A DNA stretch of 63,830 bases, filler included, from Chiloscyllium plagiosum (lineage: Eukaryota): NCBI RefSeq assembly GCF_004010195.1. It is 3 parts of one record of this genome, joined end to end, with 100 filler letters (N's around TTAATTAATTAA, not from the genome) between each part and the next. Parts side by side here need not be neighbours in the genome. Positions count along the whole stretch, not along the records: positions 1 to 23,950 come from NC_057712.1; positions 24,051 to 53,836 come from NC_057712.1; 1 more part is not named here. One strand, given 5' to 3'. Shown piece by piece: positions 12,916 to 24,173 of the stretch (positions are counted from its first letter, which is position 1; each line of letters starts with the position of its first letter). The translations under genes were made by a program, and so were the position numbers. The notes beneath the pieces were generated by a model. The model made no database searches, was not told the origin of the DNA, and saw only the letters and a program-made list of their open reading frames with translations.

Positions 12916-15900
12916 ACTTGACAATGTTTTTGTGCTATATTTATGTAGCAGAAATTAAGTATGTGGATTTCTTACCTGAAAAAGCTATTGTGGGTTTACT
13001 TATAGGTAAAACTAACACAGACATGTATGAAGTAATCTTTAACTGAATCTTTTGATTCGGGTACTGCAATGTAGAGTGACCATGGCCTCTGGTCATGTGA
13101 TGATATCCTGATCCTTTGTCCATCTCTATATAGATCTCTTAAAGCAGCAATGATCTCCAAGTGACAACGTAACATGCTTTTTCTTTCCAAAGACAAATCT
13201 TGTACGCTAAAGATACAAGCTTACAAACATTAAGGCATTAGAAAATTAGTTATACAAAGATAAGCATTGTAAAATTTGTGAGTACAGAGATAATCATTGT
13301 AAAGTTCACAAGTACAGTAGTCAAAAGACCATGTATCATTCCAGTAGTTTGACAAATGCGTGATCTTAGAGACAAAAAAACTGCAGATGCTGGAGTCCAA
13401 GGTAGACAAGCAGGAGGCTGGAAGAACACAGCAAGCCAGGTAGCATCAGGAGGTGGAAAAGTCAACGTAGCTGGACCTGAAGAAGGGTTACACCCAAAAT
13501 GTCAACCTCTCCACCTCCTGATGCTGCCTGGCTTGCTGAATTCCAAGCCTTGTCATGCTGTAACCTTCTGGAAATATGGTATTACTGTTTTTGATTTGCA
13601 GATATGTTGTCAGTGTGTTGATTGTTGGCCTAGTGTTCCATCACACACTTATCATCTGATTGTGCACTTTTTTGTCCAGATTGCAATGTTGTACATTGCT
13701 TTTAGCTGGTTTCTGGTCTTCTTCAGCTTTGCTCTGTTGGGCACTGTGACTTCTCAAAACCCCTGGCCACACTGAACACTTTGGATACCAATTTGGGTAA
13801 CCAGGTCGCCATTGCAGAAAAGGTCACTCTGACCTTTTGTCCTATTTGTAGTTGAGATCATTCCACAAATTTGGATGGGTGATTATTATCACTTGTTTTC
13901 TCAATGTGATCTCAGCTGGTAATGGTAACCCATATTCAGATACGTAGCTCTGAGTTGTAACATGGCAACGTGAAATCATGTTTTCTTGTCAGTTAGGATA
14001 AGTGATTTAATGGTGTGAACCATTTACTTGGCAAGACCATTTGATCTGTGGTGATGTCGTGAGAATGACTCATATTTTATCCTCATTTTACACACATGCA
14101 CGTTAGTGTTTGCTACTACAGGCCATTGCCAGATTGATATCTCCAGAGGTACATCAAATAGATTGTACATCGTACCTAAAGCATTTGCCACAGATAGGCT
14201 TGAGGTATTCTTTATCTGTCTGATAATTATAAATAATGAGAAGTAATTGTAAACAAAGGATAAAATCATCTTCATTTATGGTGGGTAGATCAGTGATGAT
14301 TTCTGACCAAGAGACTGACAGAATCTCAGGAGGTTGTACAGTTTCTCAGTGTTGCTGTAGCTGGTGGCCCTGAAATATTCTTCCAATTTCTCACTTATTT
14401 TTCAGTACCATTGCTGATCTCTATCCTACATAATATCTCATGTTCTCATTGCCTTTCCCACTCTCTGCCCATATATCGCTGGTGTAATTGTGACAATGTA
14501 TCTGGTGGGAACAAGTACTTGCTTTCATTTGAAGATTACATAATACAAGCTCATACTGAGCACATCTCTGTAAAATCATAAACACCTGAGAGTATCTGGC
14601 ACCTTATACAATGTGTCAGATCACCATTCAATGATGGCTTTCCATGATATCTTCATTTGTGGGTCATCAGCTGTTAGTCATACTTATGCTGACCATTTTT
14701 GTAATAGATTGACTTTGAACACCTCTTCCATTTCAACGTCCATGCTCTCTACCTGCAGATCAAATGGGACATCCTTGTTTGGATTTGGCAGCTTGCTCTG
14801 TGTATCTGAGGTATCCATATAATGATGCATATCATGGGTAGGACCGTTCCATTTCATTTTAACCAGCTCATACTAAAGCTTTTCTTGTATGAAAACATGA
14901 CCACACTTTATGGGAAGTTTAAATGATGGAATTGTATCTCCTCAAAGACTGAAATTTCCTCTGATGTTGAACTTGTCTGGGTACAATTGCGGTAAATCCT
15001 GGACCTACTCGATGTAAGTATTCTTGGTTTTTTCTGCTACCATGCACTCATTGGTAACCTTGTGGACAGTCACAATGTTAAGATCTGTACATACTGGTAG
15101 TACTGTCCCTGCTGGCCTGCTCATGTTAACTAGATAAAATGTTTGTGATTGCCATGCCAAATAGTTACAGATGCATTGCATGGTTAAGGGACTAGTGATT
15201 CAATGTAGGTGGTTGGTTTTGCCGTTAGCAATTGTGTTATTGAGTCCCAACAGTTCAAGGTGTGTCTTTCAGAATTCTGACTGCTGGAATATTTGCACTA
15301 GCTCCCATGGTAATCTTGGTTTTGAGTGCATGTTTGCGAGGTTCTTTGGGCATGTAACATTGATTGTATTAAACGTTTCTAGTTACTTGATGTTGTGCAC
15401 AATATATGTTACATTCACAAAGTGGAAAGCCTGATTGACATTTGTTTGGAACTTATTCCACTGTGGGCCTTGTCTCCAGTCTCACCTGCTGTAAACTTCA
15501 TGTATCAGCTTGTGTTTACACATGTCTCTGGTACTCTCCTTACTGCTGTTGCTATGCTTCCCTTCTGTTTGGTTGTGTCCTTTTGTAGCCTTTGTGTTTG
15601 TCAGCCCAGCATCTTTTTTCCCAGGAGAGTGTGTTAGAGTGTACTTACCATAAAGCTTGTTTGTTCTTTGTATGTCCTGGCTACAATGCCAAAACTGTTA
15701 GTTGAACCCTGTGCTTGTAGGTAGTGTTGTCTGGCTTTGCATTTTCTGCCATTTGCTTGCAGTTAACAAATGCTGTGAGCTTTCCTTTTTTTCTGAGAAC
15801 TCTATTTGGATTTCTGTGGTAGATTCTGTGGAAATCAGCAACTCCATTATTCACTCCAACATTTCAGTCTGAAACATCATACTAATTTTCCTTGCTATAG

Positions 15901-16800
15901 CATTTACTGACAGAGATTATTGTGTTGATTTTATTTGGCTGTTGACTGGGGGACATCATTTCTAGGTGATAAACATTAACGTTTTCTTTTACGTGAATGT
16001 GACCTTCCAATTTCCATACATTTGCAGGATCTTTCTGTCCTCTGAAGATAACTCATAAATTTTTATACTTTATATCCTCAAATTTCCAACAGCTTTCTGT
16101 ATTTTCATAGCTTGCTTGTCTAATTCTGCAATTGATGTTATTCTTTGTTTAAGATATTTGAACTCGGATAGGACGCCTGTGGCCTTCCAGTTCACGATAG
16201 GGTAACTGCTATCCATTCTTCTGCTTTTCCTTGGTTTTTTCAGTCTCTATCCATTTTCAAGGATTTTTGTTAATTCTAATATTATGTGGATATTCTGTCA
16301 GAGACTTCATCAGTGTTTCTACTGTGCTCTTTGATTTCTCCAAATTATATTTTAATTTGTGCAATTTTATGTGTGCTCATCAGCACGATTTAGTGTGATA
16401 TTTCTGTTTTTCATTTTAAAACTGGCTTTATTGACTCTGTGCTGTTCTGATCTGCCACTGCTTTCTTTTTCCCCTTTGTTTGAATTCAGTCATGCTTTTT
16501 CTTTGTTGTGCATGGGGATGGCTTCTGATTTGCACTTTACATAGCATAGTCCTGAATCAGTTGGCTGCCTGTTCAGCTTAAAGATATTCACTGTTTGTGA
16601 ACAAAGTGTACCCTGTTTTCTGCATTTATTTTCTTCTCATTTATGTACTGAAGGAAACTTTGATTTTTAAATCTTGACTGCTATTTCTCCCTGTGGTCTT
16701 CAAGTTGTATCATTACTTTCTTTGTTTTGGTATTTTTAAGGAACAGTCACAACTGCGCACCATGTCGTGATTGTTTATGTGCTCCTGTATATAGCACAAA
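12916..16800 (-). mobile_element. Decayed Gypsy LTR retrotransposon
   Basis: On the minus strand: LTR end ACA plus PBS-like TGGTGCGCAGT near 16752-16765; gag-like PIVNWKAT and FKYLKQR near 16100-16200; integrase-like IIRQIKNTSSLSVANALGTMYNLFDVP at 14024-14275; PPT GGAAAGAAAAAG at 13177-13188 before TGTT (13174); LTR ends similar at ~12925-12955 and ~16770-16800. Confidence 0.6.
13368..13545 (-). mobile_element. Palindromic mini-PLE (family A variant) nested in the Gypsy relic
   Basis: Inverted arms CAGCAAGCCAGG.AGCATCAGGAGGTGGA / TCCACCTCCTGATGCTGCCTGGCTTGCTG; core CTGAAGA(13477)-A-GGGT-TAC-ACCC-AAAA-TGTC on the plus strand. Confidence 0.7.
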
Positions 16801-17099
16801 TGGTAAACTAATGGGGCTAAAGGCCAGTAGATCCCCTGGATCTGGTTTGAGTTGCATCTTAGGATTTTAAGATGTCACTACAGAGATAATGAATGCACTG
16901 CAGGAATTCTTGGATTTTGCAAAAGGTCTCAGTAGTTGGAAGATTTCTGATATAGCATCCTTTTTAAAAAGAGAGAGAGTCTAAAGAACTGGTAACTGTT
17001 GACCAATTAGCTTAACATTAGTGTTTGGGAAAAGGAATGTATTGCAAATGGTATAATAGCAGAATGTTTAGAAATACACAATATGATTATGCAAACTTC

Positions 17100-17620
17100 A
17101 TAAGAACATAAAAACTAGGAGCAGGAGTGCCTGCTCCACCATCCAATAAAATCATGGCTGACTGTTTTGAGCACTCAGCTCCACTTATCTTCCGAGATGA
17201 AAGTGATTACTGCAGATTAGAGTTAAGAGTGTGGTGTTAGAAAAGTACACCAGGTCAGGCAGCATGTGAGGAGCAGGAAAATTGATGTTTTGGGCATAAG
17301 CCCTTCATCAAGAATGAGTCTCATTCCTGATGAAGGGCTTCTGTCCAAAACGTTGATTTTCCTGCTCCTCGGATGCTGCCTGACCTGCTGTGCTTTTCCA
17401 GCACCACACTCTTGACTCCACTTATCCTCCTGCTCACCATAATCCTTAATTCCTTTACTGTTCAAAAATCTATCTATCTTTGCCTTAAAAATATTCAATG
17501 AGGTAGCCTCAACTGCTTCACTGGGTAGGGAATTTCTCAGATTCACAACTGTTTGGATGAAGAAGTTCCTCCTCAACTCAATCCCTAAGTCTACTCCCCC
17601 TTATTTTGAGGCTATGCCTC
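17100..17620 (-). mobile_element. CR1 3' end nested in the CR1 RT relic
   Basis: RRNFFIQTVVNLRNSLPSEAVEATSLNIFKAKIDRFL is a CR1 ORF2 C-terminus; tail CATAAGAACATAA. Confidence 0.8.
17190..17415 (-). mobile_element. Palindromic hammerhead mini-PLE (family A)
   Basis: 11-bp TSD CTCCACTTATC (17179-17189 / 17416-17426); ~100-bp inverted arms centred on GAATGAGTCTCATTC; CTGATGA at 17327. Confidence 0.8.
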
Positions 17621-18370
17621 ATGAAGGGGAAATCATGTTGAACAAACCTACCAGAATTCTTTGAAGAAGTAATAAGCAGAATAGATAAAGGGGAACCAGT
17701 AGTTAGATCACATTTGGATTTCCAAAGGCATTTCATGAACTACTCCATGTAAAGCTACTGGATAAGTCAAGAACCCATAGCATTTGGGGTCATATATTAG
17801 CATGGGCAAAGAATTAGCAAACTAAAAGAAAACAGTTGAGGTAAAGGGGCATTTTTAGAATGGCAACCTGTGATTAATGGTGAATCACAGGTATCAGCAC
17901 TGGGGCCACAATCATTTGCAACATACATGAATGAATTGGATGATGAAAATGAATGTACTATTCCAAATTTGCAAATGACACAAAAATTGAGGATGACACA
18001 AAGAATCTATAGTGTGATATAGACAGGTTAAGTGGGCAAATGTGTCGCAGTAGGGAAAAATTGATGTTATCCACTTTCTTGGAAGAATAGAGGGACTGAT
18101 TAGTATTTAAGTTTAGAAAGACTGAGGAAAGCTGCAACACTGAGGAATTAGGTAGTCTTTATGCATGAATCACAGAAAGCTGATATCCAAGTTCACTGAG
18201 TCTAGAAGTTTGTATATTGCCTCATGGAGAAATAAGATGTTACTTTTCAAACTTGAGCTTCATTATAATGCTGCAGAAGACTGAGGACAGAGATGTAAGA
18301 ATGATAATGAACAGATAATCATAAGCTTAGGGTCATGCTTGCAGAACCTGAAGACATGTTCCACAACACA

Positions 18371-18499
18371 CCACCTTGATGAAGGGCTTTTGCTTGAAAC
18401 GTAAATTTTCCTGTCCTCGGAGGCTGCCTGACCTGCTATGCTTTTGCAGACTACTGTAATCTTGAGTCTAATCTCCAGAATCTGCAATATCCACTTTCG
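18371..18499 (+). mobile_element. 129-bp hammerhead mini-PLE
   Basis: 11-bp TSD TCCACAACACA (18360-18370 / 18500-18510); TTGATGA(18376)-A-GGGC-TTTT-GCTT-GAAA-CGTA. Confidence 0.75.
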
Positions 18500-18779
18500 T
18501 CCACAACACAACACCCAATCTACACTTTTCTCCACACTCTGGAGATCACACTGTACATGGAAAAGAGTACACTAAATTGAAAGAGGTCTCAGTTAATTGC
18601 TGCTTCACCTAGGAGTAGATTTTGTAATGGTAGAATGTGAGGTATACTGGACTTTGAGGTTACAAATAGTCGTGGAGGCCAGTTCTACTGTAGGTAATGG
18701 CAATGTCTCAAGGTTAACCTTTTTTTGTGCTTCTTAATGTCTTTTGAATCTATTCTACTCATCAAACTGACAACACTAC

Positions 18780-19640
18780 ACAACATGATGGATAGCATTC
18801 ATTGTGGGTAAATGTAAGCCTTTGATCTTCTTAAGGATCATGTAATGGTTAATCCTACCAATATTAAAATGGATTGATGCATTGAGGGAGGTAGATTGGT
18901 GATGATGAAGTCAAGTAGATTTTGCCCTGTTCTTGATTTTCTCAGAAATTAGTGAATGCCCTGTCTGGCAGCAACGTTCAAAACGCATCCTGCTCAATTA
19001 ATATCAGTCCTACTTGGTGATGGATGTTGAAATGTCCACCTGGAGTATATGCTATGCTCTTTCTAGGCTCACTCCTATTTAGAAGAGGTATTTAACATGG
19101 AAAGTTGATTCATCAACTGAAGGAGGAGGATAGGTGGCTATCTAGTTTAACTTTTGCAGGAATCCAGAAACAATATTGAGGATTCCCAGAATCACTACTT
19201 CCCAACTGTTTGTTATTGTTCCAGTATCTCCAGTGATTCTAGCCTGCCAGTCAGACAGGACATACACAGGGGTGGTGATGAAGGGGAAGTTATGATTTGG
19301 TGAGTATGACTTGAATTATTGACAAGCCTGGAGGCCGCTCTTCCAATTTTAATATAAGTCCCAAGATACTTGCGATAAACACTTTACAGTGTGGATTTTA
19401 CAGGATTTGCCTCTTCTGTGTCCTGTGTGTAAGTTGATGCCAGGGGTTGCCTGTTTTTACTTTATTCTAAAACGTTCACAGCAATTTGATGTAACAGGAT
19501 GGCTTGCTGAGCCATTTCGGAGACCAGTTAAGAGTCAACTATATTACCATTGATGAGGACTCATACGTGGTCCAGACATGGTAAGAACAACAGATTTTCT
19601 TCCCTAAAGGACATTAGTGAACTGATTTGATAGTTAGAGT
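18780..19640 (-). mobile_element. Degenerate LINE/SINE-family segment
   Basis: 19525-19625 matches 9575-9672 (CAGTTAAGAGTCAAC...AGATTT.CTTCCCTAAAGGA). Confidence 0.45.
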
Positions 19641-20059
19641 CATCACTAATGATACCAATTCTTTCTTTAGATTTTACTGATTTATTAATCAAAGAACTCA
19701 AACAAGGGATTCAAAAATAATTTGTATTGAACACAAACAATGCTTGAATTATTAGCTCAACATTTTCCAAATGCCTATTAATTTTTTTCTATGTTATATA
19801 TTTAATCCAACCACACTCAGCAGTTTCCTTCCTGACGACACCTTATTTCTTTTGATGATACGTGTTTTTTGTATACATTCACAACAGTGATAATTATTCT
19901 GTTTCCATCTAAACTCAATTCCACACTTAATCAAAGTACAACAGTCAAGTACATTTTTTCTTCAATGGCTGACTCAACTTGCAGTTGAATTGTCTCAGAT
20001 GGTCTAGCTGCATTCTTGTATGCTACTTTTAGAATAGTGCAAACAATTTTGATCAGCCC

Positions 20060-20545
20060 AGATATAGGAAGGATGTTGTTAAACTACAAAGGGTTTGGAA
20101 AAATTTACAATGGTGTTGCTGGCACTGGAGGGTTTGAGTTATAAAAAAAGGCTGGGACTTTCTTCTCTGGAGTGCAGAGGCTGAGGTTTATGAAATCATT
20201 AGGGGCATGGATAAGGTGAATAGCCAAGGTCTTTTCTCCACAATAGGGGAGTCCAGATATAGAGGGCATAGGTTTAAGATGAGAGAGGAAAGATTTAAAA
20301 GGAACCTGAGGGGCAACGTTTTCACATAGAAGGTAATGTGTGTATGGAATGAGTTGCCAAAGGAACTGGTATAGATAGGTACAATTACAGCATTTAAAAA
20401 ACATTTGGACAGGTGGATGGATAGGAAAGCTTAGGAGGGATAGGGGCCAAATGCAGGCAAATGGAACTAGTTCTGTTTAGGATATCTGGTTGGCGTGGAC
20501 AAGTTGGATCAAAGGGTCTGTTTCCATGCTATAGGTCTCTACGGC
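20060..20545 (+). mobile_element. CR1 LINE 3' end
   Basis: AGAGGGCATAGGTTTAAG, TGGAATGAGTTGCCA and tail AAGGGTCTGTTTCCATGCT. Confidence 0.8.
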
Positions 20546-22399
20546 CCAATCAATTAATGCTCCACTGGAATTAGTTTTGTGAATTATGGAGCCAAGGTTC
20601 AAGTATCTTTGCCTTTAAATCTGCAGGCTGCTTCTCATTACTTTATTAGAATTTCTTTCCAACATTCTGAAAGTCTGATTGTGGAATACAAAGGGCAGAC
20701 ACAAATCAAAGGGATATGACTTCTCCTATTGCGAACCAAGACCAAGATTTTACACATTTTGTGGGAGTGATGGTATCTATTCCTTTAAAAAAGAATGGCA
20801 GAAACAGAAGCTGCAGACTAATATTACAATGTTTACCACTGTACAGGAGAAAACTCTTTGAACTTGCTTTCAACAGCTTTTCATCATCTTTAGCTTGCGC
20901 TCGAGAAGTGAAGTATACCTGTGTGTTTAATTCTCTACATTTTCATAAAGGGAAATTCAGGACTCTTCTTTTTCCCAACCTGCTTGCATTTAGAATATAT
21001 CACCACACACAATATGCTGAAACCTATCACTGAGTCTGACATAATTATGATAGCAATGATGCACAGCTCTTCTGAATCTTCTCCCTCTCAAATGGAATAG
21101 TTTTACCAAACTGTCCCTCCAGAATGTAGTGCCCCTTTGAATGGCTTAGAGCCTGTAAACCAGTGAATGCTTGTTCAAGTATAGGCTGGTAATACATTCA
21201 GCAGTTTTTATTACGGGATTATAGGTTTTCAATGAGTTAGGCAAAGTGACAAAAGAGGACAATAATGACTTGTTCTAAAAGTTTACACTTAGCAACAAGT
21301 TAGTTCCACAAGGGGAAAAAAGCCTTAGAAAATTTTTAAACTGTTTTAAACAGGTATGTTTTGCATGGAATTTAAATAATGTGAGATCTCACTAGCAATC
21401 TGAAGATTATTGCCATATATATTTTTTGTATACACCTATGTAGTCTATTCAGAGGTATAATCAAATTTTATATGAATGAATCTATAATATGTTGTGTAAT
21501 TGACAAAGACCCTTCCACATCAATACTTAGATTTCAGTTCAAATTGCTGCTGATAGATTTGTTGTTCAAGGTTTGTGTAAAGACAGAAACCATTGAAATA
21601 GAAATGTTAACTTGGAGTCTATATGGAGACATGGTCAGATATTTAAAAGGAGTGTGGCTCAAAGTGGATGTTTGGTCATTTTAGACCATTGTGTTGTAAC
21701 GCCTGGCAGTTGTAAATATTATTGCATCATGCATTAGACCTTTAAAAACTTACTTACCAATAATGAATGCAAAGGTATGAAAAGCTCAATGCTTGGCATA
21801 CTCCACGAAATTATATATTGTGGCAGTTTCCTTTATTTTTCTGTAAGATCAGATTTATTTTCCTATCATAACATGAATATTTCCATATATATTGACAGTG
21901 TTAGAATTCTCCTGCTGTAGTTGATTTGACACTGTTTTGAAGAGTTGTCTGTTACACTGGGAACATTATCATATAAATATTGAATTTGAATAAATAGAAA
22001 ATGTTCACATTTCCTCTGTTTGGCTGCATCACTAACATTATGATGGTAATAAGACTTTGTGGAGGGATGAAAAGTAAATGTAATTATTTGGTGTTATAGA
22101 AATTGTGCTATTCTCATCACAAAGATGACAATTTTATTTTACATTGTCTCAGACCGGACACCAGAAATCATTATAAAAGACAATTGGTATTTTCAAGAAA
22201 ATCTGTCTCTGTTCATCATTTCATGAGTGCTGCTATTGCTCCTTCTTGCATTTCAAATAATTGAGTTTTAACTATTCTCTTATCCTTCAGACGGACGCTT
22301 CATGTTATAGTAATCTTAAGCAACAAGACTAACATTTGTCAAAGTGATACCCTGCTATCTAGAGATAAAACAGCTCTGCTTGCAGAAGTCAGTTGTTAT

Positions 22400-23050
22400 A
22401 ACCTCTTACTTGGCCATTCACTCTTGTTTCCCCTGGTCCCCTGAATAAATGAATAAGCTCGACAATGACCTTATGTGGGTGGCCAGTGCTCATACATACA
22501 ACAACTGCACTGTTGTAAATGGATCCTTGTTTCCCCATTGAGCAACACACTTGAGGCAATAACAATAGAACGAAAAGTGCAATGACTTTGCAGTCTAGAG
22601 ATGGCACAAAGTAAGGGATGTGCTTCCATTTCATCTATGAGAGATCGGCAAGGTTGCCCAGAGCGAAAGTTCACTGACATGTTGGAAGTTCGCAAACGAA
22701 ACAGCTCTCAAGCTATCGTTTTTTTAAATAAATCTGAATTGCAAAACTATATCTTGATGTTCAACTGTCCTAATGCATTGGCAATGTTAGGTATGAAACC
22801 CGGGAGAAGTCCTCCCAGGTCTTTTTCATTCTTTTACAGGTCTTTAGAAAGTGCGGCAAAGTATGATTTCCCATCAATTATTTCTTCCTTTGCTGGTCTT
22901 GATGTGTTGCTTCAAGTAGCTGCAAAGTGGAGGTCTAACTCTGTCTTATTCTTCAGAGGTTTGGAGCACAGAGAAACTATACCTTGTGAATGTCCATAAA
23001 TTCTGCAAACTTGTCCCTCTGTTCAACTGCAATCTCTTCACAATTCTCAG
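22400..23050 (-). pseudogene. Possible very old L1-type ORF1 relic
   Basis: Minus-strand frames give SKGRNN*WEII, QDIVLQF and ADLS in the order of RxRRNNLRI / PRDIIxxF / FxDLS; many stops. Confidence 0.3.
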
Positions 23051-23060
23051 CTCTGATCAC

Positions 23061-23371
23061 AGATTAGGTTACCTACAGTGTGGAAACAGGTCCTTCGGCC
23101 CAACCAGTCCACACCGACCCTCCGAAGAGTAATCCACCCACACCCATTTCCCTCTGACTAATGCACCTAACACTATGGGCAATTTAGCATGACCAATTCA
23201 CCTGACCTGCACTTCTTTTGGACTGTGGGAGGAAACCGGAGCACCTGGAGGAAACCCACGCAGACACGGGGAGAATGTGCACACTTCTCACAGACAGTCC
23301 GTCCAAAGCTGGAATCGAAACTAGGACCCTGGTGCTGTGAGTCAGCAGTGCTAACAACTGAGCCACCGTGC
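23061..23371 (-). mobile_element. HE1-like V-SINE
   Basis: tRNA-like head GCACGGTGGCTCAGTTGTTAGCACTGCTG..TTCGATTCC; V-domain GTGTCTGCGTGGGTTTCCTCC; CR1-like tail. Confidence 0.85.
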
Positions 23372-23460
23372 AGAGTTGCCTTTGGATGACCTCATGAATA
23401 GAGATGGAAATGTGTTGCTGGAGAAGCGCAGCAGGTCAGGCAGCATCTAGGGAACAGGAG

Positions 23461-23493
23461 AATCGACGTTTCGGGCATTAGCCCTTCTTCAGG
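23461..23493 (-). ncRNA. Minimal hammerhead ribozyme core, intact
   Basis: Reverse complement reads C-CTGAAGA-A-GGGC-TAAT-GCCC-GAAA-CGTC-GATT. Confidence 0.65.
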
Positions 23494-23507
23494 AAGAAGG
23501 AGGGCTA

Positions 23508-23543
23508 ATGCCTGAAGAAGGGCTAATGCCCGAAACGTCGATT
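23508..23543 (+). ncRNA. Minimal hammerhead ribozyme core, intact
   Basis: CTGAAGA(23512-18)-A-GGGC-TAAT-GCCC-GAAA(23532-35)-CGTC; predicted GUC cleavage after 23539. Confidence 0.65.
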
Positions 23544-23950
23544 CTCCTGTTCCCTAGATGCTGCCTGACCTGCTGCGCTTCTCCAGCAACACATTTCCAT
23601 CTCTAATCTCCAGCATCTGCAGACCTCATTTTCTCTTCTCTGACCTCATGAATAACTGAGCTACGTTTATCCTGGCCTGTCTAAATTAGCAGAGGCCTCA
23701 CCTTCATTCCCCTACGCTCTCTGATTAATGAGTTCAACACGCGGCGTGACATCGAACAATTCTTCTGCCGCCTTCGCCTCCATGCCTACTTCTTTAACCA
23801 AGACTCTCGCCCACCCTCTGACGACCCCTTCTCCCGCCTCCAACACACCCCATCCACCTGGACACCCCGTGCTGGCCTCCTACCTGCCCTCGACCACTTC
23901 ATAGCCAACTGCTGCCGCGATATTAACCGCCACCTGAACTCCCCCACCCC

Positions 23951-24050
23951 NNNNNNNNNNNNNNNNNNNNNNNNNNNNNNNNNNNNNNNNNNNNTTAATT
24001 AATTAANNNNNNNNNNNNNNNNNNNNNNNNNNNNNNNNNNNNNNNNNNNN
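23951..24050. other. Assembly gap with TTAATTAATTAA linker
   Basis: 44 N + TTAATTAATTAA (23995-24006) + 44 N. Confidence 0.95.
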
Positions 24051-24137
24051 CTGAAAATGTGTTGCTGGAAAAGCGCAGCAGGTCAGGCAGCATCCAGGGA
24101 ACAGGAGAATCGACGTTTTGCTGGACAAACTTTCCTC

Positions 24138-24173
24138 ATTCCTGAAGAAGGGCTTATGCCCGAAACGTCGATT
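24138..24173 (+). ncRNA. Minimal hammerhead ribozyme core, intact
   Basis: ATTC-CTGAAGA(24142)-A-GGGC-TTAT-GCCC-GAAA-CGTC-GATT. Confidence 0.65.

Larger units (their letters stand above)
16810..18200 (+). mobile_element. Degenerate CR1 RT region
   Basis: GGTAACTGTTGACCAATTAGCTTAACA (NYRPISLT-like), TTGGATTTCCAAAGGCATTT (LDFQKAF), CAGGTATCAGCACTGGGGCC (QGSxLGP), TTTGCAAATGAC (FADD-like). Confidence 0.75.
23401..23640 (+). mobile_element. Young palindromic hammerhead mini-PLE (family A)
   Basis: Perfect 14-bp TSD TGACCTCATGAATA (23387-23400 / 23641-23654); perfect 93-bp inverted repeat 23401-23493 / 23511-23603 plus a 37-bp 3' tail. Confidence 0.9.

Noticed and set aside
22601..22999. 132-aa plus-strand ORF as a host exon
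   Set aside because: No recognisable domain; the minus strand shows faint L1 ORF1-like motifs instead
23401..23603. Palindromic elements as MITEs or miRNA genes
   Set aside because: Variable 11-14 bp TSDs, asymmetric tail and identity to PLE pLTRs point to retrotransposition; no expression data support a miRNA
23995..24006. TTAATTAATTAA palindrome (also at 53881-53892) as a biological motif
   Set aside because: Centred identically in two 100-bp N-gaps and gives stops in all six frames: a scaffolding linker
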